Shown: positions 63,576 through 64,000 of the stretch, piece after piece
Layout: every line of letters starts with the position of its first letter
How positions within the stretch are numbered: position 1 is the first letter of the stretch
Source: Savitreella phatthalungensis
Taxonomy: Eukaryota
Assembly (NCBI GenBank): GCA_051599415.1
Contig: AP039700.1
Location: 1-64,000, forward strand
Direction of reading: 5' to 3'
DNA length: 64,000 nt
Made by a program: the position numbers and the translations under genes
The notes under the pieces: generated by a model
The model's input: only the letters and a program-made list of their open reading frames with translations
What the model was told of the DNA's origin: nothing
Database searches by the model: none

Positions 63576-64000
63576 CATGAGAAAAGGTAGATCAAACTCG
63601 TTTAGCGCGGAAGTCTCTGAATCGCTACCTACCAATCTACGTGTCTGACCTATGATTGATTCCTCTGCAGGCTCTGGAGTAGTTGCATGGGTGCTGATTC
63701 CAGTCAACCGTGCAATTCATTCTCAGATAGGCTCGAATGACCTGTTCCACCTTCAAGGGAATTGCTTAAACACACTCATCAACCTGGCTGGGTTTGGATG
63801 CGTGGAGAGATGGATTGGATCGAGTCTGTACTCTTATTGGAGTAGCATTGCTATCTGGAATAGGTTGAATTTCCTCTTTTTCGAGTTCCAATGGAGTTGA
63901 GAGACGGCGGAGTCTATGGATCTGATTGAGCCCCTCCTGTGGATCTTAGAGGATGAATCCGCGTCATGGGACCACCGCGTCAATTTCCTCAGAATGAATC

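Overview
Left end of a fungal chromosome from a compact, nearly intronless ascomycete genome. The proteins and the TTAGGG telomere fit a Taphrinomycotina-like yeast, but this is inference. Bases 1-71 are an untrimmed Oxford Nanopore adapter plus native barcode, ligated to a (CCCTAA)n telomere. A short (~1.6 kb) CpG-depleted subtelomere with a degenerate 29-bp repeat follows, then about 25 densely packed, mostly housekeeping genes: Msn5, Erv1, ELYS/Ely5, separase, histone H1, UGGT (one apparent frameshift), divergent H2A/H2B, Pho13, NatC Naa30 (the only clear intron), condensin Cnd1, Cdc7, an OPT/YSL transporter, a YdeI/OmdA-family protein, an Usv1-like C2H2 factor, Cue3, AP-1 beta, eIF2B-epsilon, Rba50, Mmt, a SidL-like acyltransferase, Cps3/Lee1, alpha-COP and two Ser-rich orphans. 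Best leads: (1) a dyad element TAGCAAC-N6/7-GTTGC shared by the upstream regions of all three histone genes; (2) a CpG>TpG/CpA mutation signature in the subtelomeric repeats; (3) a speculative telomerase-RNA-template-like site (TAACCCTAA) in structured sequence before the YdeI-like gene; (4) a 21-kb cluster of chromosome-cycle genes. No tRNA, rRNA, CRISPR or intact transposon was recognised. All identifications are by eye, with no database searches.
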